Of a stretch of DNA of 64,000 nt, positions 10,293 to 20,002 are shown in pieces. Made by a program: the position numbers and the translations under genes. Under the pieces are notes generated by a model. That model had not been told where the DNA came from. It ran no database searches and was given only the letters and a program-made list of their open reading frames with translations. The stretch's first letter is position 1, and each line of letters starts with the position of its first letter. Source of the stretch: a candidate division FCPU426 bacterium (GTDB lineage Bacteria; Oederibacteriota; Muellerivitia; Muellerivitales; Muellerivitaceae); the NCBI GenBank assembly GCA_963847625.1, contig CAWKAR010000039.1, forward strand, positions 186,823 through 250,822, given 5' to 3'.

Positions 10293-10874
10293 ATGTCCCT
10301 TGAAACTTGGTTGATCGCCGGCCTGGGAAATCCCGGGGAGAACTACCGGTTTACGCGCCACAATGTGGGGTTCCGCGTGGTGGAGTCCCTTGCCCTCAAG
10401 CGCAACGTCAAGGTTCGGGAAAAAGGCGATGCGATTTTCGGGAGTTATGCCCTCGAGGGGCGCGAAATTTTTTTGCTCTTCCCTCAGACCTTCATGAACG
10501 AATCAGGCAGGGCGGTTGCGCCTTTCCTGAGATACCGTCAAATTCCCTTGGACCGTTTCATCGCCGTGTCCGACGACCTGGACTTGCCCCCGGGAAGAAC
10601 CCGCCTTAAAACCTCCGGGGGCTCGGGTGGACACCATGGATTGGATTCGCTGATCGCCTACTTGGGCAGTTTGGATTTCCCGCGCCTTCGGCTCGGGGTC
10701 GGCCATCCCCCTACCCCGGAGCAAGGTGTGGACCACGTTTTATCCACATTCCCTCCAGAGGAAAAACCCATGATCGACCAGGCCATCCAGAGGGCCGCAG
10801 AAGGGATCGAGAGTTTCATCCTCAAGGGAGCCGAAGCCGCCATGCGGGAACTGAATAAAACCCCTGACGGTTAA
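10293..10874 (+). CDS. pth: Peptidyl-tRNA hydrolase
   Basis: GLGNPG, TRHNVGF, PQTFMNESG, DDLDL, GGSGGHHG. Confidence 0.97.
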   Translation: MSLETWLIAGLGNPGENYRFTRHNVGFRVVESLALKRNVKVREKGDAIFGSYALEGREIFLLFPQTFMNESGRAVAPFLRYRQIPLDRFIAVSDDLDLPPGRTRLKTSGGSGGHHGLDSLIAYLGSLDFPRLRLGVGHPPTPEQGVDHVLSTFPPEEKPMIDQAIQRAAEGIESFILKGAEAAMRELNKTPDG

Positions 10875-10924
10875 AAATCTTGCCGAATCCAACAAACCGG
10901 GTAGCGAAAGTTCACTTGGCTCCA

Positions 10925-11686
10925 TCACTCGGGCGATGAAATGGGGTCGGCCTTCCGGACCCAATAGTAATCCCGCTCTTCTTCCAGAAATTGGCCGGAA
11001 TTTCGCGCCAAGAGATCCAGAACCTCATTCCGGGGCAGGAAATTCATTTCAATCTGGATGTCCGGGTTCAATGCCAGACCATAGCGCCATCGGCGGTAAG
11101 CCCTCAGGAGCGGTTTGGGAACCGCTTTTTTTAAAAGAAGGCGCAAGGGATGATAACGGGGCCGGGAAGGGACCTGGAATACGAGAAGGCCGCTGGGTTT
11201 CAGCACCCTTAAAAATTCGGCGATGTAATTCCTCGCGTGTACTGGCGCCATATGCTGCAGGACCAGGGCGGAATAAATGAAATCGAAGGCGGCGTCGGGG
11301 AATAAAGCCAGGTCGTTTTTCTCATTGAGAATGTACAGGCATTTGTCCGGAAAGCGGTTGTATTGGACTGCTTTTTCCAGCATGGATGGCGCGATATCCA
11401 CTCCCAAGCAGGCTTCGAAATAGGGGCACAGGGCCTGGGTCAGGCGGCCGACCGCACAGCCGAAATCAAGGGCCTTGCCGGAAGGGTTCCACCCGCGCGC
11501 GCGCGCCCGGGCCATCAGACCGTCGATTTCTTCGCGGCCCGTTTTGAAGAATTCCCCCTCGCCCCAGCCCCGGTTGAATTTTTCCCGGTGGCTCAGGACT
11601 CCATAGAAGGGATCTTGCCGGCCCATTTGATCCCAATTTTTTTGCAATTCCTTCAAGTCCATATCATCCCCGGAAGGTAAAATCAT
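10925..11686 (-). CDS. Class I SAM-dependent methyltransferase
   Basis: ALDFGCAVG, GVDIAPSML, FDFIYS, LRVLKPSG; ATGA overlap with upstream gene. Confidence 0.85.
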   Translation of the reverse strand: MILPSGDDMDLKELQKNWDQMGRQDPFYGVLSHREKFNRGWGEGEFFKTGREEIDGLMARARARGWNPSGKALDFGCAVGRLTQALCPYFEACLGVDIAPSMLEKAVQYNRFPDKCLYILNEKNDLALFPDAAFDFIYSALVLQHMAPVHARNYIAEFLRVLKPSGLLVFQVPSRPRYHPLRLLLKKAVPKPLLRAYRRWRYGLALNPDIQIEMNFLPRNEVLDLLARNSGQFLEEERDYYWVRKADPISSPE

Positions 11687-13176
11687 TTAAGCTTGAATAT
11701 GTAGCAAAGGGGGACACCTTCCCGCTCCACCACATGAATGACCTTGGATGGGTCCACGGACTCCTGTTTTCGGTCCCTGGTATAGGAAAGGAAATAATCG
11801 GCGTCCTTCAAGTTGTCCACCCATTTCATGTTGCCAGTGAAGTAGTAGAAAATCTGGTAAGGGCTTCCGGTTCCCGAGATTTTGTAAGTTTCTCGGCTGT
11901 CCTGGAGGGTGTTTTGCTTAAGCCATTCCACGCCTTCCTTGAAGCTGGCTCCCCAGTAATCGTTGTCGAAGTGACCCGCCGAGCCCCTCAAGCCCCCGGT
12001 TAGTTCGTTGAAATAAACATATTCATAAGGGTGCAGCCGAACCAAGTGGGAAGAAATAGCCAGAAAGTTTAAAAGGCTGAAGGCGAGCACAATTTTCCCG
12101 AAACGGGAAGAATGGGATTTTTGAAAAAATTCCAGGGCTGAGGCGGCCGCCAATACCGCCAGGACCGGAAGAAGGAAAAGGAAGTGGCGGACACCGTCGT
12201 ATAGAACAGGTCTTACCAGCATGAAAAGGGCCAAATTCAATAACAAAGCACAACCCGGAAGAATAACCAGCGGATTTTCCTTTTTATTCCGCATGAAGAA
12301 AAAGACCCCTCCTAGGAAAAAAAGGATGAAAAGGGGGGTGGTGACCAGGAGCCAGAGGGGGACGTAATACCAAGGCAGTTGGGTGCTGAGGATTTCATGG
12401 CCCAGGAAAAGGACCTTGTTATTCCAGAAGAAGTTTCTGGATACCGAGAAGGCTTCCAACAGGTGCCGGAAGTAATTCGCGCCCAAGTAAGGCCAGGTCG
12501 CCATCATCAGGAAATTCGAAACGATGAGGACAGTCAGGAGAACCCCGAAGGTCTCCAGGAGGTGGGACCGCCATTTCTTCCAGCCCGGTTTATCCCGGTG
12601 ATAAAAAACATGGAAGTCGAATATCAGGTAAACCGCGTAAAGGGTAAAGCCCATGATCCTAGAGCATTGGGCCAAACCAAATAAAAAGCCCAGAACCAGG
12701 CTTTTCAGAAGGGGGCTGGAGTCGGGTTTGCGGTTGAAATAATAAATGCCCGCCAAGGCCAAGAAATAAAAGACGGCGAATGGCATGTCCTTGGGATTGC
12801 CGGGGATATCGCCCAAAAAACGCGGCGTCAAGGCCAGGAAAAGGGGGCCTAGGACGGCCAACCAGGGAATCCGGTATTGCGCCAATAGCATCTCAAAAGT
12901 AGCGGCGAACAGGAGCAGGCAAAAGATCATATTGAGAAAATGGTAGAAGTCCAGGTCCCCCGCGGGATTGACTAGGCCTAGCGACATGCCGTAGAGGTGG
13001 TTGTAAATGACGAGGCCATCGTCCGGGACGCTTTTATGCAGGAAACCCGCATAATCGTCATGGACTAGATAATGGGCAAGCCCCATCCCCCGGGCGTAAA
13101 CACCGGATTCATCGAAGGTCATCCCATAGTCGGTATAGGTCAGGAACGCCCAAAGGAGATAAAAAAAGACAAACAA
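11683..13176 (-). CDS. Membrane glycosyltransferase (GT-C/ArnT-like)
   Basis: DYGMTFDE, NPKDMPFA, YDGVRHFL, HPYEYVYFN, DYWG motifs; multiple TMs; true start may lie slightly upstream. Confidence 0.7.
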   Translation of the reverse strand: MFVFFYLLWAFLTYTDYGMTFDESGVYARGMGLAHYLVHDDYAGFLHKSVPDDGLVIYNHLYGMSLGLVNPAGDLDFYHFLNMIFCLLLFAATFEMLLAQYRIPWLAVLGPLFLALTPRFLGDIPGNPKDMPFAVFYFLALAGIYYFNRKPDSSPLLKSLVLGFLFGLAQCSRIMGFTLYAVYLIFDFHVFYHRDKPGWKKWRSHLLETFGVLLTVLIVSNFLMMATWPYLGANYFRHLLEAFSVSRNFFWNNKVLFLGHEILSTQLPWYYVPLWLLVTTPLFILFFLGGVFFFMRNKKENPLVILPGCALLLNLALFMLVRPVLYDGVRHFLFLLPVLAVLAAASALEFFQKSHSSRFGKIVLAFSLLNFLAISSHLVRLHPYEYVYFNELTGGLRGSAGHFDNDYWGASFKEGVEWLKQNTLQDSRETYKISGTGSPYQIFYYFTGNMKWVDNLKDADYFLSYTRDRKQESVDPSKVIHVVEREGVPLCYIFKLK

Positions 13177-13378
13177 GAATAGGGGATAACGGCTTCGGAT
13201 GAAGGAAAGGGTTTGGACGTTCAGATCCGGTCTCCCAGGAAGAAGGATGAATAAATCCCATTATATCCCTGGGGAACCTACGGAGGCTGATTCTTTTAAA
13301 ACCGATAAAAACATGGGGGATGAAATCAGTTTTTTGACTTCTTCATCCGACTGCCGATCACTTTTCCCTTTCCAGGAA

Positions 13379-16300
13379 TCAAGGATTCGGCAGGGTTGAA
13401 ATTTCCGAAGCCGCTGGCGTACCAGGGTGACTGTCTTTTCCGAAACCGCCGGAGTGGTGGGCTTTACGCCTTTCAAGGACGGACATCAAGCTGTAGGCAC
13501 AGGGCACCACCACCAGGGTCAGCAGGGTGGAAAAGATGATGCCGCCGATGATGGCAATCGCCATGGGCTGGCGCAGTTCTGCGCCGGGACCCCAGGCCAG
13601 GGCCGCGGGGAGCGCCCCAGCCACCGTGGCCGAGGAGGTCATCAAAATCGGCCTCAAACGCACCGGGCAAGCGTCCATCAGGGCGTCGTGCACGTTCATT
13701 CCCAAGCGGCGCCGCTGGTTGGTGAAGTCCACCAGCATGATGGAATTCTTCTTCACCAGCCCCATCAGCAGGATGATGCCGATGATGCTGTAGATGCCCA
13801 GGCTCTGAGCGAAGAGCCACATGGCGAAGAAAGCCCCGGTCACCGAGAAGGGCAGTGCCAGCAGGATAATAATGGGGTGCAGGAAGCTGTTGAACTGGCT
13901 GGCCAGGACCATGTAGGCCACCAGGATGCCCAGCATCATGACGAACATCAGCTGTTTCATGGAGTCGGCGTTGGCCTTGGCTGATCCTGTCAAATGGACC
14001 TCATAGCCCTTCGGCAGGATGCCTTTGCAGATGTTGACGGCTTCCTGGACGGCTTCCTGCTGGGAAGTCCCGCGGCCCGCCCCGGCCGTGATGTAAACCG
14101 CCCTCTGCCGGTTGTCCCGGAAAATCTGCTGGTAGGACGGCTCCAGTTGCAGCTTGGAAACGGCGGAAATTGGCAAGACCTCGCCGCGGTTGTTCCGGAC
14201 GTAGATCTCGTTGATGGCGGAGGGGCCTTTGCGCTGGTCCACGGGAACCCGGATGGCGATGGGGTTGTCATGGCCGCCCTCGTGGAAATAGGTCCCCTGG
14301 AACTGGAAACCCCCGATGGCGGTCCCGATGACGTTCCCCAAATCGTCCATATTGACGCCCATTTGGGCCGCTTTGACCCTGTCGGGAATGACACGGATCT
14401 CGGGCTGCCCATCCAGGAAATTGTCATCGGAATCCGCCAGTTTCGGGCTGGCCCGGAAGGCTTTTCGGATTTTCCTTATGCAGTTGGCCAGGGTGTCCCA
14501 ATCCGGCCCGGTCACCATCAACTCCACGGAATAGCCCTTTCCGGTGGACATGCCCCTTTGGGAGAAATCCAGGCAAAAAACCTGCAGGTCGGGGGACACC
14601 TTGGGGAGGCTTTTCCGGACCCAGGACATGAACTCGAACTGGGTCATGTGCGGGGGCGTTATTTTCTGCCAGAGCTTTACGATGAAACCCAAGGGACCCA
14701 CGGGCGGGAACTTGTCGGAAAGATCGCACTTGGGCCGGTCCGCCGGGTCTTTCATGGTCAAGAAGAACATGCCCTGGTTAGGGGTCGAGCCCCCGAACCC
14801 GCCAAGAGGCGCGAAGAGGTGTTTTACCTCACCCCGCTGTTTCAGGATCGCCTCGCACTGCTGCACGACTTGGTTGGTGCGTTCCAGGGAGTAATCCACC
14901 GGCAACTTCATGGTGACGACAAACGCGCTCTGGTCGGTGGCGGGGTTGAAATTCACCTTGATGAGGTTTAACGCTGGAAAGGCAAAAGAACCGAAGAAAA
15001 TGACAAATGACACCAGGACCACCGTCCAACGGTGATCCAGGCTCCATCTCAAGGTTTTCTTGTAACCTTCCGTGATCCTGGCAAACTGGCCATTCACGAA
15101 CTGGTTGAACCGGCTGTGCTCGTCCGCCGCGTGAACGAACTCGGAACAGCGCATGGGGGTCAAGGTGATGGCCTCTAAAAGCGAAATCAGCACCGCGCCC
15201 GAGAGGGTGACGCCGAACTGGAAGAAGAACTTGCCGATGATGCCCTGCATGAAGGCGATGGGCAGAAAAATGGCCACGATGGCGATGGAAGTCGCGGTTG
15301 CCGCGAAGGTGATTTCCCGGGCGCCGATGAGGGCCGACTCCACCTGGCCCTCGCCCCTTTCCTGGTGCCTGACGATGTTTTCCAGCACCATGATGGCGTC
15401 GTCCACGACCACCCCGATGGAAAGGGAAAGCGCCATCAGGGTGAATGTGTTCAGGTTGAAACCGAAAAGGCTCATGACCATGAAGGTCCCGAAGAGCGAG
15501 GTGGGGATGGCCAGGAAGATGTTCACAGTGGAGGAAAAGCTCCCCAGGAAAAGGAAGCAGACGCCCGCGGTCAGGAAGGTGGCCAAAAGAATGGTCAGTT
15601 CCAGCTCGTGCACGTTATCCTTGATGAACTTGGTGGTGTCGAAGTTGAGGGAAAGGTGGTAGCCCTTGGGAAGCTGTTGGCGGACTGCCTCCATGCGGGC
15701 CCTGGTCGCGTCGCCGACATCCACGGCGTTGAAACCGTCCTGCATGACTACCCCTAGCCCCACGGTGGGCAAACCGTCGAAACGGGCCAGCCGGGTGATG
15801 GGGGTCACGACCCCGTCCTCAATGGTGGCGATATCCTTCAAGCGGGTCAGGGTATAGTTGGGGGAGCCGCCGCGGGTGAGGATTGGCAGGTTGGCGAAAT
15901 CGGGCACCGTATAGGCCTCGCCCATGACCCGGATGTTGTATTGGGTTTGGGGGGTTTCCTCCGCCCCTGCCGGGGTTTCCTGGTGCTGGTGCTGGATGGT
16001 GTTGATGATGTCGATGGCGGTCAATTGGCGGGCGTTGAGCTTGTTATTGTCCACCCAGATGTTGATTTCCCGGTTCAAAAAGCCGCCCAGGAACACGTTG
16101 GCGACCCCGTTCAAGCTGGTGAACCTATCCTGGATATGGTCGCGGGAGTAAAGCATCAAGTCGCGGAGCGTGAGGGGCGGGTCGGCAGTCACGGCCAGCC
16201 ACAAAATGGGGGAGGCGTTGGGGTTGTACTTGCGAATGACGGGGGGAAAGATGGTGGAGGGGAGCTGTTTCTCAGCCTGGAAGACCAGGGTTTGAACGTC

Positions 16301-16618
16301 CTGCACGGCGGAATCCACGTCCCGGCTCAGGTCAAGGTAAACCGAGACATTGGCGTTGCCCTGGGTGCAGGTGGTCTGGACGTCCTGCACGCCCTGGGCG
16401 CCCAACACCGCCTGCTCAATGGGATCGGCCACGTCCGATTCCACAACCTCGGGGGAGGCGTCGGGAAGGGTGATGGAAATGTTCACCACCGGGAAGTTCA
16501 CGTCCGGCAGGTTTGAGACGCCCATTCGCACCCAGCAAATGAAGCCGAAAATGATGAAGGCCGCCATGAGCATCCAGGCGAAGACCGGATTTTTAATGGA
16601 TACGTCGGATAAAATCAT
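13379..16618 (-). CDS. RND efflux permease (AcrB/AcrD/AcrF family)
   Basis: 1079 aa; GVVVDDAIMVLENI, KKNSIMLVDF, RLRPILMT. Confidence 0.95.
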   Translation of the reverse strand: MILSDVSIKNPVFAWMLMAAFIIFGFICWVRMGVSNLPDVNFPVVNISITLPDASPEVVESDVADPIEQAVLGAQGVQDVQTTCTQGNANVSVYLDLSRDVDSAVQDVQTLVFQAEKQLPSTIFPPVIRKYNPNASPILWLAVTADPPLTLRDLMLYSRDHIQDRFTSLNGVANVFLGGFLNREINIWVDNNKLNARQLTAIDIINTIQHQHQETPAGAEETPQTQYNIRVMGEAYTVPDFANLPILTRGGSPNYTLTRLKDIATIEDGVVTPITRLARFDGLPTVGLGVVMQDGFNAVDVGDATRARMEAVRQQLPKGYHLSLNFDTTKFIKDNVHELELTILLATFLTAGVCFLFLGSFSSTVNIFLAIPTSLFGTFMVMSLFGFNLNTFTLMALSLSIGVVVDDAIMVLENIVRHQERGEGQVESALIGAREITFAATATSIAIVAIFLPIAFMQGIIGKFFFQFGVTLSGAVLISLLEAITLTPMRCSEFVHAADEHSRFNQFVNGQFARITEGYKKTLRWSLDHRWTVVLVSFVIFFGSFAFPALNLIKVNFNPATDQSAFVVTMKLPVDYSLERTNQVVQQCEAILKQRGEVKHLFAPLGGFGGSTPNQGMFFLTMKDPADRPKCDLSDKFPPVGPLGFIVKLWQKITPPHMTQFEFMSWVRKSLPKVSPDLQVFCLDFSQRGMSTGKGYSVELMVTGPDWDTLANCIRKIRKAFRASPKLADSDDNFLDGQPEIRVIPDRVKAAQMGVNMDDLGNVIGTAIGGFQFQGTYFHEGGHDNPIAIRVPVDQRKGPSAINEIYVRNNRGEVLPISAVSKLQLEPSYQQIFRDNRQRAVYITAGAGRGTSQQEAVQEAVNICKGILPKGYEVHLTGSAKANADSMKQLMFVMMLGILVAYMVLASQFNSFLHPIIILLALPFSVTGAFFAMWLFAQSLGIYSIIGIILLMGLVKKNSIMLVDFTNQRRRLGMNVHDALMDACPVRLRPILMTSSATVAGALPAALAWGPGAELRQPMAIAIIGGIIFSTLLTLVVVPCAYSLMSVLERRKAHHSGGFGKDSHPGTPAASEISTLPNP

Positions 16619-16641
16619 TTCACACTCTCTTCAATTCGAAA

Positions 16642-18012
16642 TTATTTGTTTGCCTTCGGAAGTTCTCCCGTGGCGACGTCCAGCCAAACCTGGTCGTACA
16701 AAGCCTGGTACTTGGCTTTGATATAGCTGATTTTGGCGTTTTCCAGGGACGTCATGGTTTGGAGCAGTTCCAAGTTGGTGGTCAAGTTCAGCTTATAGTC
16801 GCTTAAAACGTCTTGATAAGCTTGCTCATAGGATTGCTCGGCTTTCTGGTAGGCTCCAGTTTCACCGATGGATACCACTAAACTCTTGTAAGCCTCCCGG
16901 ATATCATCGTGGGCGGTTCTTCTCGTCAAGGACAATTGCATTTCAGCCTGACGTTTCCTGGAAGCAGCGGCATTTTCTTGAGCGACGACCTGGCCGCCCT
17001 CGAAGATCGGCAAGGATGCCAGGAAGGTGGCGTTCCAATCTGGGGTCGTGCCGCCCCCGTCTTGTTGCAAATAATACTGGCCCTGGACCGAAATGGTGGG
17101 CAAATGGCCCCCGTGGGCCTGTAAAAGGTAGGCATCTGCGACCGCCACGCTGGCAGCCGCCGCTTGAACATCGGGACGGTTTTCCACCTTGGCCTCGATA
17201 TCCTCCAGGGTAACGGCAGGAGTGGAATAATTTTCCTCTGAGGCCAAACGTTGGTCGTTTTTAATATCCGCCAAGGTGGCCAAGTTTTCCCGGGCTTGTA
17301 CCAACTGGTTTTTTACGCTTTCCGTGTCCGCATCCACCTGGGCCAACTGGGCCTGAGTATTGGAGACGACGGCGGTGCGGGAACGGCCCATTTTTTGCCA
17401 TTTCTTCTCAACCTCTAAAGTTTTTACATTCAGATCCTTTGAGGTTTCCAAGGCTTTCAAAGTTTCCTCTAATGACAGCACGTTATAAAAAGCGTTGGCT
17501 ATGTTCAATAAAAGAAGGCGGGATTGGTTCTTAAAGACGTTGTTTTGATAGTCGATATTGGCCCCGGCGCCTTGGATAGCGGCGACTTGGTTCAAACCAC
17601 CCAGGAGGGTTTCGGTGACGGATAGAGAGAGTGAATTGTTCAAGACGGATGGGAGTTGATTGGATAACCCGACAATAGTGTCGTTGGATTGCCATTTTTT
17701 CATATCATTCAGGTAAATTTGGGGAAGCCAGGCGCCGATCGCCTGCGCGTTTTGAGCCTTGGCCTGTTCCACGTTCTCGGCGTTGGTGGCCAGGGTTTCG
17801 GTGCGCTTCACCGCCAGGGCATAAACATCCCGGAGGTTCAACGATTCTTTTTGGAGGGCTTTTTGTACATCCTCGGTAGTTACCCCGCTGACATCCCGAA
17901 GCGGTTTTTCAACGGGGCCTTCGCCGACCTTCACCGGCGCCCCAGCGCAACCGGCAAATAAAATCAAAAAACACCCGGCGACAAAGATATTTAAAAAAAG
18001 ATTTCGGGACAA
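16642..18012 (-). CDS. TolC-family outer-membrane efflux lipoprotein
   Basis: Lipobox FAGC; NRPDV, SLPIFEGG, terminal ATGEL; adjacent to RND gene. Confidence 0.88.
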   Translation of the reverse strand: MSRNLFLNIFVAGCFLILFAGCAGAPVKVGEGPVEKPLRDVSGVTTEDVQKALQKESLNLRDVYALAVKRTETLATNAENVEQAKAQNAQAIGAWLPQIYLNDMKKWQSNDTIVGLSNQLPSVLNNSLSLSVTETLLGGLNQVAAIQGAGANIDYQNNVFKNQSRLLLLNIANAFYNVLSLEETLKALETSKDLNVKTLEVEKKWQKMGRSRTAVVSNTQAQLAQVDADTESVKNQLVQARENLATLADIKNDQRLASEENYSTPAVTLEDIEAKVENRPDVQAAAASVAVADAYLLQAHGGHLPTISVQGQYYLQQDGGGTTPDWNATFLASLPIFEGGQVVAQENAAASRKRQAEMQLSLTRRTAHDDIREAYKSLVVSIGETGAYQKAEQSYEQAYQDVLSDYKLNLTTNLELLQTMTSLENAKISYIKAKYQALYDQVWLDVATGELPKANK

Positions 18013-18170
18013 AGTTCTTTCTCCTTAAACAAAAAAGTAAATATTTCGCTCCCCGGAGGAAAACATTATGGGCAAAATCCTTCCTGTTTCAATCCCAATT
18101 AAGAAGAAAAAGCAGGTAAACAAAAGGCCCCAGGCGCTTTGCCTAAGGCCCTCCACTAACCCACAACCCT

Positions 18171-18596
18171 TTATTTCTGGTTGGGCGGGGGAGCTCCGGA
18201 CACGGGGCCAGAAGGAAGGCCCGGAATTTGCCACTCTCTGGGGTTGTTATGCCGCGCGTCCCATCGCGCCATCATTTCCCCGAACTTTTTCTTCTGGTCC
18301 CCGTTCAACACCAAGAGAATACGCGAGTGTACTCCGCTCCAGAATGACTTCAGCTTACTGTTGGTATCTTCCCGGATGGCATCCATCTTGGGCGACTCTT
18401 CCTTGAAGATCTCCAGAATCTTATCCTTTTGGTCGTTGGACAAGTTCAATTTGGAACCCAAATGATCTACTATATGGTGATAATCCCCGGGAGCAAAGGC
18501 TCTTGAGAAATGACGGTGAATATAAATGCCCGTTCCCGCGACACCCAGTAATAAGCCAATGAGGAAAATGAAAGAGAATTTAATCCAAGGCTTCAT
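18171..18596 (-). CDS. Spy/CpxP-like periplasmic protein
   Basis: N-terminal TM/signal; LNLSNDQ and LNGDQKKKF (LTxxQ-like) repeats. Confidence 0.7.
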   Translation of the reverse strand: MKPWIKFSFIFLIGLLLGVAGTGIYIHRHFSRAFAPGDYHHIVDHLGSKLNLSNDQKDKILEIFKEESPKMDAIREDTNSKLKSFWSGVHSRILLVLNGDQKKKFGEMMARWDARHNNPREWQIPGLPSGPVSGAPPPNQK

Positions 18597-18605
18597 GGTT
18601 ATTCC

Positions 18606-19079
18606 TTATTTTAAAAGACTGACTACCATGTCATCGTTGTCCGCGGAATAAGCCGCCGGAAGGACGGACCATTGGGTGGAATTGTTCTCGGCTGGTGAAG
18701 CATAAAGATAACTCTCGGCGGTTGGCCCGGCGGAAAGGCCCGGCGTGCCGGGAAGAACCGAGAAAAAAACCCAAGCCGCCGCGGCGGTGGATCCCAAAAG
18801 GGGGAAGAGCCACCGCAGGGCCAATTCCATAAGGGAAACGGGGTTATCGACGGCCTTGGAGGAAACCCTGGCCATCACCAGTGAAACCATTCGGTCCTCT
18901 TCAACCTCGGAGAAGGCTGGAGGGGCGAAAAGGGACGCCGACAAGGCCTTCCACTCGGCGATGGCCCTTCGGCACTCGGAACATTTCGCCAAGTGTTTTT
19001 CCGCCAACGCCCTTTCCTTCTCGGTCAGGGGGCCGTCATAAAGGGCGAAGAGCTTTTGCTGGATCTCGTCATGATTCAT
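18606..19079 (-). CDS. Zinc-finger (ZAS/zf-HC2) anti-sigma factor
   Basis: HLAKCSEC motif, one TM, overlaps sigma gene. Confidence 0.88.
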   Translation of the reverse strand: MNHDEIQQKLFALYDGPLTEKERALAEKHLAKCSECRRAIAEWKALSASLFAPPAFSEVEEDRMVSLVMARVSSKAVDNPVSLMELALRWLFPLLGSTAAAAWVFFSVLPGTPGLSAGPTAESYLYASPAENNSTQWSVLPAAYSADNDDMVVSLLK

Positions 19080-19665
19080 TGTTTTCCCCTTCCTCCGTAT
19101 AGACGCTTCCCGGCTCTAGGAAGTGTCGGAGATTGCCCTGCAAATGCTTACGGGCCCGCGCCAGGCGGCCCTTGACCGCGTCCAGGGAGCAACCCAAAAT
19201 AGCCGCGATTTCCTGGTATTCCAGGCTGTTGGCCTCGCGGAGGGTCAGGATCGTCCGGTAATCCGACGGAAGGGTTGAAAGTATTTTATCAGCCAGATCC
19301 CGGTTCTCCAGCGCGGAACTTTCCACCCGGTTTGAGGCGAAAAGGCCCTCGATTCGGGAACCTTCCTCCTCGATCAGGGCGTCCAGGGAGACGGTTTTTC
19401 GCCGGTTTTTCTTTCGCAGGATATCCAGGCAGTGGTTGGCCGTGATGCGGTAAAGCCAGGTCGAGAAGGCGGAATTGCCCTTGAAACGGCCCAGGGAATT
19501 GTAAGCCTTCACGAAAATATCCTGGACCGCCTCCTCCGCGTCGGTGCGGTTGGAAAGCATGGAAAGGCAATAGCCCAGGACTTTCTTATGATACTCGCGG
19601 ATAAAGTCCCCATAGGCCTCGGTATGGCCGGCCTTGATTTGTTTTATTATTTCTTTGTCGTTCAT
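19069..19665 (-). CDS. ECF RNA polymerase sigma factor
   Basis: DAEEAVQDIF, FSTWLYRITANHCLD, YQEIAAILGCSLDAVKGRLARAR. Confidence 0.95.
   Translation of the reverse strand: MNDKEIIKQIKAGHTEAYGDFIREYHKKVLGYCLSMLSNRTDAEEAVQDIFVKAYNSLGRFKGNSAFSTWLYRITANHCLDILRKKNRRKTVSLDALIEEEGSRIEGLFASNRVESSALENRDLADKILSTLPSDYRTILTLREANSLEYQEIAAILGCSLDAVKGRLARARKHLQGNLRHFLEPGSVYTEEGENNES
19100..19128 (-). promoter_or_regulatory. Putative ECF promoter inside sigma 3' end, upstream of anti-sigma
   Basis: CGACAC-N17-CGTCTA on minus strand, same boxes and spacing as 19692..19720. Confidence 0.65.
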
Positions 19666-19691
19666 GGATTATAGGAGGCATCGCTTTTCTT

Positions 19692-19720
19692 TAGACGATT
19701 AGGGAGCGCCGGGTGTGTCG
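19692..19720 (-). promoter_or_regulatory. Putative autoregulatory ECF promoter
   Basis: CGACAC-N17-CGTCTA, 26 nt upstream of the sigma ATG. Confidence 0.7.
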
Positions 19721-19832
19721 GGTTCAATTTTACCAACCCTTTCTCCGAAAAAGCCACGAAATGGCGGCACAACTCTTATCTTTCATTATAATAAGCCCTT
19801 ATTCCTTCATCCCGGCTCAAGGGAAGGCTCCA

Positions 19833-19982
19833 GTGGGTCTGGTTTTGACCTCGCAAGAAAAGAAAGTCTTGGGGTTTATCCTTTTGCTAGCCCTATTAGG
19901 GTTGGGAGTGCTGGCTTATCGGCACTGGGTAAGCCCGGCCCCACCCGGTCCAAGGGAAACCGGCATGACTCAAATGAAGTAG
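19833..19982 (+). CDS. Small single-TM protein (49 aa)
   Basis: GTG after GGGAAGG; LTSQEKKVLGFILLLALLGLG resembles the membrane anchor of ComEA-like proteins. Confidence 0.45.
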   Translation: MGLVLTSQEKKVLGFILLLALLGLGVLAYRHWVSPAPPGPRETGMTQMK

Positions 19983-20002
19983 TTTCAATAAAGGAAGCAA
20001 AC

